A stretch of 64,000 nt of DNA from an uncultured Methanosarcinales archaeon (GCA_964388715.1 CAYMBN010000002.1:80704-144703), one strand, 5' to 3'; shown: positions 30,301 to 37,904, counted from the first letter of the stretch. Notes: generated from the sequence alone by a model not told the origin. Made by a program: numbers and translations.

Positions 30301-33300
30301 TCTATAAATTCTTCTCCACCTCCACCACCTACACTTTCTTCAGATGAATTGTAAATATTATCACAAATTCCGTTAGCATTTGCATCATAACAACCTTCAA
30401 TTGGTGTATCTTTAGCAGTCCATCTGTTACCATAATTAGAATTGTTAAAAGTGAGGTTGTTTGCATTTTGTGTTCCTGTAAATGAACCAGAACTAACAAA
30501 AGTGTTTCCTGTGAATACAGTGCCATTGGATACTCCGTCTGGACCCATGTTAAAGTTAAAATCTATTTGACTTCCTGAGTTATCTACATTGTTGAATGTG
30601 TTATTATAAAAGAAGTTGTCATGTGAACCATCAAATCGAACTCCTCTTACTTGATTTTTGCTTATATTTGAATGGTTAAATGTGTTGTTATGAGATCTTA
30701 ATAGATAAATTCCTTGGTCAGTGTTATTGATTATGGTTAGGTTGCTCAAGAAGCTTAGGTTTGTACCATTTAGGTAAACACCTATTGTAAAGTTTGAGAT
30801 TGTACAATTTTCAATTGTGATATTTTTTCTTCCACTTATATTGATACCATAAAAATATCCGCCACTACTTGAACTAGTACCATTACCTGTTAAATTATAT
30901 CCTTGGCAGTCTAATCTTATGTTATCAGCTGAGATATGGAAACATGTTGAAGCGTTTGTAACATTTTGTGTTAATTTATAATTTCCACCTGCTGTGTTTA
31001 AATTTTGACAATTATTGATGTTAGTACTAGTATCAAATTCATAGGTTTGTTCTGCTGACCATGCACTTCTTTTTAAACTAGAATCAATTGTTTGGACAGC
31101 CCAATAATATGTTCTATCACTTTGATTTAATAGAACTTGGGTATTGTTATGCATGTTACCATACATACCTTGTGAAGGGGAGTTACCTGTTCCATATTCA
31201 CTAGATATAATATCATTTCCACCTGAAGCTGTTCCTACTCTAATATTATAATATAGTGTTCCTCCTTGTGTATCAGAAGCACCTGACCATGATAAGTTAA
31301 GTCCTGTAGTGACATTATAATTAAATACAGAAGGTGCTGTTGGTGCATTATTGCTGGATATTCTGTTATTAGTATAAACTTTTGAAACTGCTCCAGAATC
31401 ATCTCCAGCTATGATTAAATCAAGATCATTATTACCATTAATATCAACAAGTAATGGTGATCCTTTTTGTATTCCCATTCCACCTACACCAGTATTGCTT
31501 GGCAAAAATTTTGCATATGTTGTGTCAGAAGTGAAAACCTTTCCAGTGTTATTGTATACAAGAACACTTTCCCCAGTATTACCTGAAGATACAAGTATTA
31601 AATCAATTTTACCATCATTATTATAATCTCCAGGATAGATTGCTACTTCTCCACTTGTTGAGAAACCTGTTACCCAACTTGAATTATAATAAAAACTTGT
31701 TTTGTTATTAAAATATACATCTAATCCAAAGCTTCCGCTAACTTGTCCTGATACTACAATATCCATCCATCCATCATTGTTAAAGTCAGCTGATGCCATA
31801 TATGGATGATCATTACCTGATTGATAAAATCTTAAACCATTTGAGTAGGTTGTGTTAAATAAGAATGCTGTTTTGTTGTTTGTGTAAACTTGTGTTATTG
31901 TTGTTGTTATTATAACCAGGTCAAGGTAATCATCATTGTTAATGTCAATTAATTGGGCAGTACCATCTGAAGATCTTGTTAAGTTTTCTTCCCATGAAGA
32001 GTTTTCATTAAAGGTTGTTCCATTGTTTATGTAAACTTTGGATGAATCATTGCTATTGTTTTCTTGCCCTATTATTACTAAGTCAACATCACCGTCTAGG
32101 TCAATGTCACCTTGTACAATTGCTGCATTTTGTACTGGTGTGATATTTTGTTGCCATGATAAATTTTCATTAAAGCTTGTTCCATTGTTTATGTATATTC
32201 TTGTGCTTGCACTACTAGTATTGAAACCAGCAATAATCATGTCTGTATCATTGTCATTGTCAAAGTCTGCTAGTGCAATGCTTGGGGTAGAAACATTGAT
32301 TAGGTTTTGGCTCCATGTTGTATTTTTGTTTAATGTTGTTCCATCACTTGTATAAATATTCATAAGAGGATTACTACTACCATCATCTCCAACAATAATT
32401 ACATCAGGATTTCCATCTTTTAGGAAGTCAGCAGATCCAATTGCAGGTGTTTCTGCAGCAACTAAATTAGTTTGCCAGGTTGAACTTGCAGCGAAAGCTT
32501 CAATAACACTTGTTGAAAGATTTAAGAAACTAATGTTGTTAGAGCCATTACAAGTGGCATTAATACCTACAAAATATGTGCCATTGGTTGAGTCACTTAC
32601 ATTTAATTTAAATGTTATTCTTGAATAAGCACCAACATTCATAAATCCTGTTTGGTTTGCTGTTAAAGTGTTTAAACTATTGTAGTTTGTTAAAGTGATA
32701 GTTACATTGTCAGTTGATGCTTGGTTGTGAATTACATCAATATCATAAGTACCATTATCATTAATTGCAACATAACCATGGAAATTAGTATCATTATATT
32801 GTCCTGTTCCATTAGATGTACTTAAGGATACTGTTATTCCTGCTGCAATTGACTGTGATCTTATTGGAAGATAATCAATAAATTCACTGTCTCCACCTCC
32901 ACCACCTCCGCTTGCAACAGTGGAATTGTAAATCTCATCACAGATTCCATCAACATTTGTATCATAACAAGTTTCAGCAGGAGTGTCTTTAGCAGTCCAT
33001 CTATTACCATAATTAGAATTATTAAAGGAAGCATTATTTGCGTTTTGCATACCATTAAAGCCAGTTGCATCAGTAAAAATGTTACCTGTAAATACAGTAC
33101 CATTTGATTTACCACTTGAACCCATATTAAAGTTTATATCAATTTGATTTCCATTATTGCCATTGTAAAATGTATTATTGTAAAAGAAATTATAATGTGC
33201 TCCATCAAAGTAAACTCCTCTTGCTGAATTATAACTTATATTTGAATGATTGAATGTGTTGTTGTTTGATCTTAATAAATAAATTCCTTGGTCAGTGTTG

Positions 33301-33686
33301 TTAAATATAGTTAAGTTACTAAAGAAACTTAGATTTGTATCATTTAAGTAAATTCCTCTTGTGTAATTGGTTATTGTACAATTTCTAACAGTAATATTTT
33401 TTCTTTTGGTAATGTTGATACCATAGAAATATCCTTGATTGCTTGTGCTAGTACCATTGCCTGTCATAGTATATCCTTGACAATCTAGAATAATATTGTC
33501 TGCTCTAATATCAATACATGTTGCACTACTGTTTACATTTTGTGTTAAAGCATAGCTTCCACCTGATGTGCTTAGATTTGTACATGCATTTATATTGATA
33601 GCATAAGCAAATGAATTATAAAGTAGGAAGACAAAAATTAAAATAATCAAACTCTTCAAATTTGTTTGAATTTTGTTTTTAACCAT
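24291..33686 (-). CDS. Giant surface protein (3131 aa) with signal peptide, two copies of a beta-helix (NosD/PbH1-like) + FG-GAP/VCBS propeller + FN3-like unit, Ig-like repeats, a Ser/Thr stretch, a PGF-like motif, a C-terminal TM helix and a roughly 90-aa Lys/His-rich tail
   Basis: The beta-helix N-terminus (ININACTNLSTSGGSYALTQNV...CIDIRADNIILDCQGYTMTG) is duplicated as STNINNCQNLNTAGGNYKLTQNV.... FG-GAP motifs (DFDNDNDTDMIIAG, DIDLDGDVDLVII) are present. The C-terminus reads TTPGFSYFAIATT ... SIWTLIITSIIVLTYLTIELS followed by K-rich sequence. Confidence 0.65.
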   Translation of the reverse strand: MVKNKIQTNLKSLIILIFVFLLYNSFAYAININACTNLSTSGGSYALTQNVNSSATCIDIRADNIILDCQGYTMTGNGTSTSNQGYFYGINITKRKNITVRNCTITNYTRGIYLNDTNLSFFSNLTIFNNTDQGIYLLRSNNNTFNHSNISYNSARGVYFDGAHYNFFYNNTFYNGNNGNQIDINFNMGSSGKSNGTVFTGNIFTDATGFNGMQNANNASFNNSNYGNRWTAKDTPAETCYDTNVDGICDEIYNSTVASGGGGGGDSEFIDYLPIRSQSIAAGITVSLSTSNGTGQYNDTNFHGYVAINDNGTYDIDVIHNQASTDNVTITLTNYNSLNTLTANQTGFMNVGAYSRITFKLNVSDSTNGTYFVGINATCNGSNNISFLNLSTSVIEAFAASSTWQTNLVAAETPAIGSADFLKDGNPDVIIVGDDGSSNPLMNIYTSDGTTLNKNTTWSQNLINVSTPSIALADFDNDNDTDMIIAGFNTSSASTRIYINNGTSFNENLSWQQNITPVQNAAIVQGDIDLDGDVDLVIIGQENNSNDSSKVYINNGTTFNENSSWEENLTRSSDGTAQLIDINNDDYLDLVIITTTITQVYTNNKTAFLFNTTYSNGLRFYQSGNDHPYMASADFNNDGWMDIVVSGQVSGSFGLDVYFNNKTSFYYNSSWVTGFSTSGEVAIYPGDYNNDGKIDLILVSSGNTGESVLVYNNTGKVFTSDTTYAKFLPSNTGVGGMGIQKGSPLLVDINGNNDLDLIIAGDDSGAVSKVYTNNRISSNNAPTAPSVFNYNVTTGLNLSWSGASDTQGGTLYYNIRVGTASGGNDIISSEYGTGNSPSQGMYGNMHNNTQVLLNQSDRTYYWAVQTIDSSLKRSAWSAEQTYEFDTSTNINNCQNLNTAGGNYKLTQNVTNASTCFHISADNIRLDCQGYNLTGNGTSSSSGGYFYGINISGRKNITIENCTISNFTIGVYLNGTNLSFLSNLTIINNTDQGIYLLRSHNNTFNHSNISKNQVRGVRFDGSHDNFFYNNTFNNVDNSGSQIDFNFNMGPDGVSNGTVFTGNTFVSSGSFTGTQNANNLTFNNSNYGNRWTAKDTPIEGCYDANANGICDNIYNSSEESVGGGGGEEFIDYLPIRSTSITAGISLSLSTSRGSGRFNDSTFHGYVGVNTTGNYYIDIINSQASSDNMTITLTNYHSLDNLTTNVSSIQGVSPYSKTTFKLNVSDSSTGTFYAGINVTCNGSNNISFLNLSSSIIEAFSTNASWHANLLGVQTPAIAVGDFLKDGNFDLIILGDNGTAPLANVYASNGNTFNKNTTWNENITNVTTPSIALGDFDNDNDTDIIIAGDDGRGSSTKIYINNGTTFKENFTWQENITQVKDAAIVQGDIDLDGDIDLVIIGQENNSNSSSKVYTNNGTTFSESLPWQNNLTRTTDGTAHLIDINNDDYLDLVIITTTTAQVYTNNKTEFKLNTTYSFGLRLYQSGNTHPFSAVADFNNDGWMDLAVSGQFSGSYGLDIYFNNKTSFYYNSSWITDLTATGELAIYPGDYNNNGKVDLVLVPGGTTADSVLLYNNTGSRFIQDNISGKILPTSGSSGTVQKGSGLLTDLDGDNNLDLILVGDQVRDNSTIYINPITSDNNIPNAPITFSSNHTTGLNLSWSGASDTQGGTLYYNLRVGNSSGANNIVSGEYGTSNSPPQGMFGNMLNNTNILLNISNQTYYWAVQTIDSSLKASTWSTEQIYPVSSPVVVLNYPENNFNTTVTSLEFNLTVTDDGTVSNCSLYTNFTGTWQLNKTVSSPTKSALTNITLNNLPQGRFIWNVLCVDSNSNSAWNNSNKTITFDRANPTVTLVTPPNNTLNTTSQSINFYFNVTDALSSIKNCTLILNKTINVTNTTINKAVSSIPFSQTLPNGIHNWSVNCTDFAGNVDNSDIYNLTVNVTNTPPTVNLTSPVNNYNTSQTSISFNCTSTDNTNLTNISFYTNTTGSWLLNATGNVTGTSNSTNITISALTVGTYKWGCLAYDQNSEGNWSSSNYTLTVETTAPTVTLIRPTNNTKNTSNRNIKFFYNVTDGLNIDNCSLIINNSVNQTNSSINKSIANLTFIQSLANADYNWSVNCSDNAGNIGASTTYNITVDVDQTAPIVRLTSPVNNYNTSNYSVNLNCSLTDNKNLTNVSFYTNSTGSWALNYTATITGTSNSTNRTLDILKNGTFIWNCLAYDNAGNSAFNSTNYTFIIENTPPIFNFTISDRYVQTSTAVIATVNATDLKTSITTVVVEGTTLNKSINSTWNGTITLGSDQVLNITVVDTANNTNTTSITSPGITFTIDDDAPIINVTLPTNNQIITNANGNVTFNYSVTEANISLSNFSVDSGQWVLTTTANATNITIYNISGGTHTVVFNVKDEASNLATQVSRTFRVIGQENITERANSIETGNTGVVNVSIKNSSGTELSGVAWMNNSVSMEFEVNASTTDNYSVTMPSFNSSLANWNRTDFTIVVSKHSLPANLSKNKSGTNFTKLVLFQNMSSFLNDTYYNTTTIVFNETLKDFEVMYVDDDLGHNVYKLAQCTGNTAPSTVGNITAACYTNGSLNVTTYVPHLSGAGLANDTVAPTINITGPTNNTNQSADSFVQVSADVWEANPNTTFCRYNITNATGNVQSGTINTTNFTNVGVRYTHMHNYSDLLNGTYNYTLNCTDQNQRSSISSPRNFSIKDGTIPIITDLNYTASGTGTSTVILILNVTTNEHANCAYNTSNLYYGNMTAFSTTGTLSHTTNFSFTTDNTGTLFVRCSDKNSNVMTYSNSTNYTTDVAGSTSTSTSTSSSSSSSSGDGFVIEEPTIKGEKSTQLWTSIKASDTLEMSPDKEEIPITKLEATTKNKLKNVQISVIELTQAPETRRKIKTLVYKYAQVSRTKNLVDGVIENAEIQFKVSKEWLEKNKVNKTDIVLKRYKNSKWNNLPTKIISENNNYTIYKATTPGFSYFAIATTKIIEKEAEENQTALPEEEIEEETLEEEEEEFEKLDLEAMLLSVFTSPEKPSIWTLIITSIIVLTYLTIELSKGKTTKKKKKKKSKKQKKNKHKKHSQKTKVSKKKKHKHKTKKKLSKKGLEKLKTFQKKPKKRNKKRKHKKHNKKIRKNAKKKH

Positions 33687-33924
33687 TTTTTTTCTTTACC
33701 CTATTATAAACTGTCCAGATGTTTCGTTCATCTCGATCAAGGACTAGAGCAATTTCATTATAGCTTAGTTTTTCTTCTTCTCTTAGATATTTTACAATTG
33801 CTTCAAGAGCAGTAAGATTGTTGCCACGAAAGATGTAAGTAGGAAGGGTTAGTTTGGAAATAAGATTAAGAAAATCTTTACTAATAGTCACTCTTTTTTT
33901 CTTATAATAGCTGTTTTTTCCCAA
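33679..33924 (-). CDS. Small sigma70-region-4-like HTH DNA-binding protein (81 aa), paralogous to the 17026..17454 gene
   Basis: It reads TLPTYIFRGNNLTALEAIVKYLREEEKLSYNEIALVLDRDERNIWTVYNRVKKK. Its stop overlaps the 3131-aa gene start by 8 nt (AATGGTTAA). Confidence 0.5.
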   Translation of the reverse strand: MGKNSYYKKKRVTISKDFLNLISKLTLPTYIFRGNNLTALEAIVKYLREEEKLSYNEIALVLDRDERNIWTVYNRVKKKNG

Positions 33925-34099
33925 TTTAATAGTAATAATATGTGTGTATATTATTTATAAATGTTTCGGTTTTTTATGATTTTTTACATTTTTTACACAT
34001 TTTTTAACGTTTTTTAGGTATATTTTGTTGGAAATTTTAGCTTAGAATGGATTTTTTATACATACAGAAGATGTTATTGGTTGATAAAAGAAGAAAAGG

Positions 34100-34264
34100 A
34101 GGGAGTGCAGGGATTTTCGTTGTTTTTTTGTATCTCGAACCCTGGAATAGTCGGGATCTGTATTTCATTGGCATGAGCCTCATCATCCCAAAAACTATTG
34201 CAGCCGACCGCCATAACTTTGAAAAAAATTAACTTTTTCAATTTAGCCGCTTGGCCACACTCCC
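34100..34264 (-). tRNA. tRNA-Cys (GCA) carrying three putative introns: D-loop, canonical 37/38 (about 41 nt) and T-loop (about 20 nt)
   Basis: On the minus strand: acceptor GGGAGUG/CACUCCC; U8 G9; D-stem GCCA/UGGC; anticodon stem GUCGG/CCGAC; loop CU-GCA-A; T-stem CAGGG/CCCUG; T-loop UUCGAGA. The discriminator is U73, the tRNA-Cys identity element. The D-loop insertion forms the hairpin uugaaaaa/uuuuucaa. The plus-strand ORF 34047..34232 is spurious. Confidence 0.7.
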
Positions 34265-34370
34265 ATTACACAAAGTATTTTTCTTTATGTTTATTAATCT
34301 TTTTGTTTTAAAAAAACAAAAATTTTAAATAGTCATATGTTTAAAGTAGTGGTATAATATTAAAAACGAG

Positions 34371-34784
34371 GTGAAATTCATGAAGTTAAGGTATATTGTA
34401 GCAATGTTGTTGATTGTAGCATTGTTAAGTGGATGTGCTAAAGAAGCACCAGTAGAACCTGAACCAGTAGCTCCAGTAGTAACAGAACCAGTAGTAACAG
34501 AACCGGAAGTTATTGAAGAACCAGCTGAACCTGAACCTGCTGTTCATGAAGTACAAATTCTTGCAAAAGCTTTTGAACCAGAAGAACTTGAAATTAATGC
34601 AGGCGATAGTGTAGTGTGGACAAATATGGATACAAGAAGACAATCTATATTTAGTAAACCAGCAGGTACATTCAAAAGTCCTGTATTAAAAGAAGGAGAA
34701 ATATTTGAACATGTTTTTGAAGAAGCTGGTGAATTAGAAGCAATGAGCATATTTGGCTTTACAGGTAAAATTACTGTTAAGTAA
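34371..34784 (+). CDS. Secreted lipoprotein with a Pro/Glu-rich linker and a small cupredoxin-like beta-sandwich domain, with no obvious Cu ligands
   Basis: It has a lipobox (LLSGC), and a GAGGTGA Shine-Dalgarno sequence 7 nt upstream. The beta-rich domain reads VQILAKAFEPEELEINAGDSVVWTNMD. Confidence 0.4.
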   Translation: MKFMKLRYIVAMLLIVALLSGCAKEAPVEPEPVAPVVTEPVVTEPEVIEEPAEPEPAVHEVQILAKAFEPEELEINAGDSVVWTNMDTRRQSIFSKPAGTFKSPVLKEGEIFEHVFEEAGELEAMSIFGFTGKITVK

Positions 34785-34806
34785 ATTTATTTTTTATTTC
34801 TTTTTT

Positions 34807-35247
34807 TTATAATTTAGGATAAGATTTCTTTCCATACTTTTTTACATATCCATCAAAGTTTGATTTTCCTGGGATTGTTAGTTGATCTCTTTTAATGTCT
34901 TTAATTGAAATCCATTTAAATTCAGTAAATTTATCTTTTTCTATTATTTTTGTTTTTCCTGATATATATTTTGTAATGTAAAATATACCTACCCAGTGTT
35001 TTTTAATATTTGGAAGAATTACTTCAACAGGCTTAAGAAATTCTAAAACTTTTATTTCAATATTAAACTCTTCTTTAACTTCTCTTTTTATTGCTTTCTC
35101 AAAAGTTTCACCAAAATCAACTCCTCCACCTGGAAAATCCCATCTATCAGATTCATCACGTGCTTTTGAACCTCTCTTACCAATGAGAACCTTTCCCTCA
35201 TTATTAAATATTAATGCTCCTACTGCAACTTTAATTTGATCTTTCAT
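34807..35247 (-). CDS. NUDIX hydrolase
   Basis: The Nudix box is GGGVDFGETFEKAIKREVKEEFNIEI (G-x5-E-x7-REUxEExGU). Confidence 0.8.
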   Translation of the reverse strand: MKDQIKVAVGALIFNNEGKVLIGKRGSKARDESDRWDFPGGGVDFGETFEKAIKREVKEEFNIEIKVLEFLKPVEVILPNIKKHWVGIFYITKYISGKTKIIEKDKFTEFKWISIKDIKRDQLTIPGKSNFDGYVKKYGKKSYPKL

Positions 35248-36506
35248 ATAAAATCACCTAATCCTTTTTGTTTATGTTTTGGTTTGAATGATTTTGTTTC
35301 TATTTTTTTGTTTCCAAAGATTGGTTTGCCATATTCTCCATCATAACCTGGTTGGACTTTGAGTTTTCCTTGCCTTACTGTGATGATTGCTTGTGCTATT
35401 TTTGGATTTGTTAGTTTTTGTAGTTCTTCTAATGGTGTTTTTAGGAGGATGTCTAATTCTGTTCTGTTGTTTGTGACAAGTTTATAATATTCCGCCCAAA
35501 CTTTTTTTGTTGCAACTGCTGTTCCTAAGAAATATGAAAGGATTTCTGAGAGTGGGATTAAAGAATGAAATTCTTTTGCGTTTTTTGGTTTGTAGTTTTC
35601 TGGTCTATCTGCTAATTGTTCAACACGGTATTCAACGCCAATTGTAACTGGTCTACCACAAGCTGGGCAGATGCCTTTATTTTTAATTGTGTCAGAAGGT
35701 TTCATGCAAACATTACAATTCCTATGTCCATCCCAATGATATTTTCCGTAAGCTGGATCAACTTCAATTGTTCCTGTGAGATTGTTTCCTGTTCTTAATG
35801 CTTGGATTAAGTTTTTGTATGTTAACTCTTTTAAGTTGAAGAGTGTTGCTTCTCTTCCAATTCGCCATGGCCAGAATGAATGTAGGTCAGAGAAAGAGAC
35901 AAGATTGTAATTATCTAACTGACTGAGGCGCCAGTTCATTGCTGGGTCTGAGCTGAGGCCTGTTTCTAGAGCATGAATGTTTTTTAATTGATCACCAAAT
36001 GCTTCTTTTATTGTATCAAAACCAGATTTTGAGCCAAATAATGAAAACCACGGTGTCCATATATGTGCTGGAATAACTTCAATATCTTTACTGATTTTCA
36101 TTAACATTTCTGTGAATTCAATACAAGAAAGTTTGAATATTGGACGGCCATCATAATCAACTCTACCAAGTTTGAGAAGTTCATCTGTTATTTGTTGAAC
36201 AATTTCTAAAGAAGGTGCTAGGATTACATTGTGTACACGTCTTCCTTTTCCATTTTGTGTGTAAATTAATGAAATTTCTGATTGAAGAATAAATGGAAAA
36301 CCTGTTTTTGTTGTGTAGATTCCGTTTTGGTTATCTGTAAGAGTTGATTTGATTTCTTTAATCCATTCTGGATGTGTGAAATCACCTGTACCTAAAAGGT
36401 TAACACCTTTAATCCGTGCATATTTTTCTAGATTTGGAATAGAAAGTTGTTTTGATGTTGCTCTTGAAAATCTTCCATGTATATGTAAGTCTGATATGAA
36501 TTTCAT
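35244..36506 (-). CDS. PHP-domain protein with a C-terminal zinc ribbon, resembling endonuclease Q (TIGR00375 family)
   Basis: The N-terminus has DLHIHGRFSRA. Other features are histidine-rich PHP motifs and CNVC...CPACG. The 420-aa length is typical of archaeal EndoQ. Confidence 0.45.
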   Translation of the reverse strand: MKFISDLHIHGRFSRATSKQLSIPNLEKYARIKGVNLLGTGDFTHPEWIKEIKSTLTDNQNGIYTTKTGFPFILQSEISLIYTQNGKGRRVHNVILAPSLEIVQQITDELLKLGRVDYDGRPIFKLSCIEFTEMLMKISKDIEVIPAHIWTPWFSLFGSKSGFDTIKEAFGDQLKNIHALETGLSSDPAMNWRLSQLDNYNLVSFSDLHSFWPWRIGREATLFNLKELTYKNLIQALRTGNNLTGTIEVDPAYGKYHWDGHRNCNVCMKPSDTIKNKGICPACGRPVTIGVEYRVEQLADRPENYKPKNAKEFHSLIPLSEILSYFLGTAVATKKVWAEYYKLVTNNRTELDILLKTPLEELQKLTNPKIAQAIITVRQGKLKVQPGYDGEYGKPIFGNKKIETKSFKPKHKQKGLGDFI

Positions 36507-36552
36507 GTTTGATTAGAGAGAGCAGTTATATTTAAATTTTTGGAAATATTAT

Positions 36553-37365
36553 TTACTTTTTGAGATTTTGATTGAACACAACTCTTTTTGGATAAGGTAT
36601 TTCTATTTTATTTTTTTCTAGCAATAACTTAAGTTCTTTGTGAAGGTCATAGTAAACATCCCAATAGTCTGTTCTTTTAACCCATGGTTTTACTGCTAAT
36701 TCTACTGCATAGTCTGCTAGTTTTGTGACAGCAACAATTGGTTCTGGATCATTAAGAATCTTTTTGTTTTTCTTTAATGTATCTTTAATGATTTTAAGTG
36801 CTTTGTTAACATCACTTTCATAACTAATTCCAATTGTTAAATCAATTCTTCTTGTATTGTGTGCGCTATAGTTTGTTATTGCTTGACCCCAAATCTTTGA
36901 GTTTGGTATTGTTATTTTTTTGTTATCAGGTGTTTTTAGTATACATGCACTGATACCTACTTCTTGTACTGTTCCTTTTATTCCACCTGCGTGAACATAA
37001 TTTCCAACTCTGAATGGTTTGTATATCAGGATCATTATGCCTGAAGCAAGGTTACCTAGTGTATCTTTTAATGCAAATCCAACAATAAAACCTGCTACTC
37101 CTAAACCTGCAAGCATTGGACCTATGTCAACTCCTAAATTATCAAGTATAAAAAGGAGTAAGAAAATCCAAAGAACAAACTTAACTGATTTTTCAATGAA
37201 TTTTTCAATTGTTGGGTCAAAATCAACTCTGTCAAAGAATTTGTGGAGTGCTTTTGCAATAATTTTTATAATAATGTAACCGATAATTAAAGTAATCAAT
37301 ACCCATAAAGCTGTCATACCATAAGAATACAGTTTTTGTAATTGTTCTGGTGTGATTGTTATCAT
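36553..37365 (-). CDS. mscS: Small-conductance mechanosensitive channel (MscS family)
   Basis: It has N-terminal TM helices followed by the MscS beta-domain KPFRVGNYVHAGGIKGTVQEVGISACILKTPDNKKITIPNSKIW. Confidence 0.8.
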   Translation of the reverse strand: MITITPEQLQKLYSYGMTALWVLITLIIGYIIIKIIAKALHKFFDRVDFDPTIEKFIEKSVKFVLWIFLLLFILDNLGVDIGPMLAGLGVAGFIVGFALKDTLGNLASGIMILIYKPFRVGNYVHAGGIKGTVQEVGISACILKTPDNKKITIPNSKIWGQAITNYSAHNTRRIDLTIGISYESDVNKALKIIKDTLKKNKKILNDPEPIVAVTKLADYAVELAVKPWVKRTDYWDVYYDLHKELKLLLEKNKIEIPYPKRVVFNQNLKK

Positions 37366-37445
37366 TATTTGAATTGGAGAATATTCTAGTTTATATAATT
37401 TTTGATTAGTTTAAAAGAATTAAAAAAAATAAAAAAATAAAACAT

Positions 37446-37802
37446 TTACTTAACTGATGCTAGTGCGTATACTTCTTTTAGAGCGACAACTACAATAGCT
37501 GGAACAACGAATGCTAAGATAGCATTAAAAATTCCTACTAAGTATGCACCTAGATACATAACACCGCCTAAATTAGCTCCTGCACCGCCTGCAAAAGCTA
37601 CGATCACTAACACAGTAGTTACTAGTAAGAAATCTTTTGTTTCCTTACCTGTGACATTTAAAAAGCCCACTATTAAACCTAGCAATACTAACAATGACAT
37701 GAGCCATGGAGTTAGAGTGCCGAGTTGAGCTGATGCAAGTCCTAGAATAACTGCCAGAATTACACCAAGTACAAATGCCACGTGGCCTACTTTGTCTTTC
37801 AT
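37446..37802 (-). CDS. Small polytopic membrane protein of unknown function (118 aa)
   Basis: It has four predicted TM helices rich in Gly, Ala, Val and Leu. Confidence 0.4.
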   Translation of the reverse strand: MKDKVGHVAFVLGVILAVILGLASAQLGTLTPWLMSLLVLLGLIVGFLNVTGKETKDFLLVTTVLVIVAFAGGAGANLGGVMYLGAYLVGIFNAILAFVVPAIVVVALKEVYALASVK

Positions 37803-37904
37803 TGGCTAAACACCTCCGTGTTTATAGTCTGAGACCATAAAAGGGTCTAATTACTACCTCTATGCAATGTATCTTATTTAAAGTTTTATGACTACTTGCG
37901 AGAA

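Noticed and set aside
34047-34232. Plus-strand ORF of 61 aa
   Set aside because: It overlaps the minus-strand tRNA-Cys gene. The higher GC of the tRNA keeps a frame open by chance.
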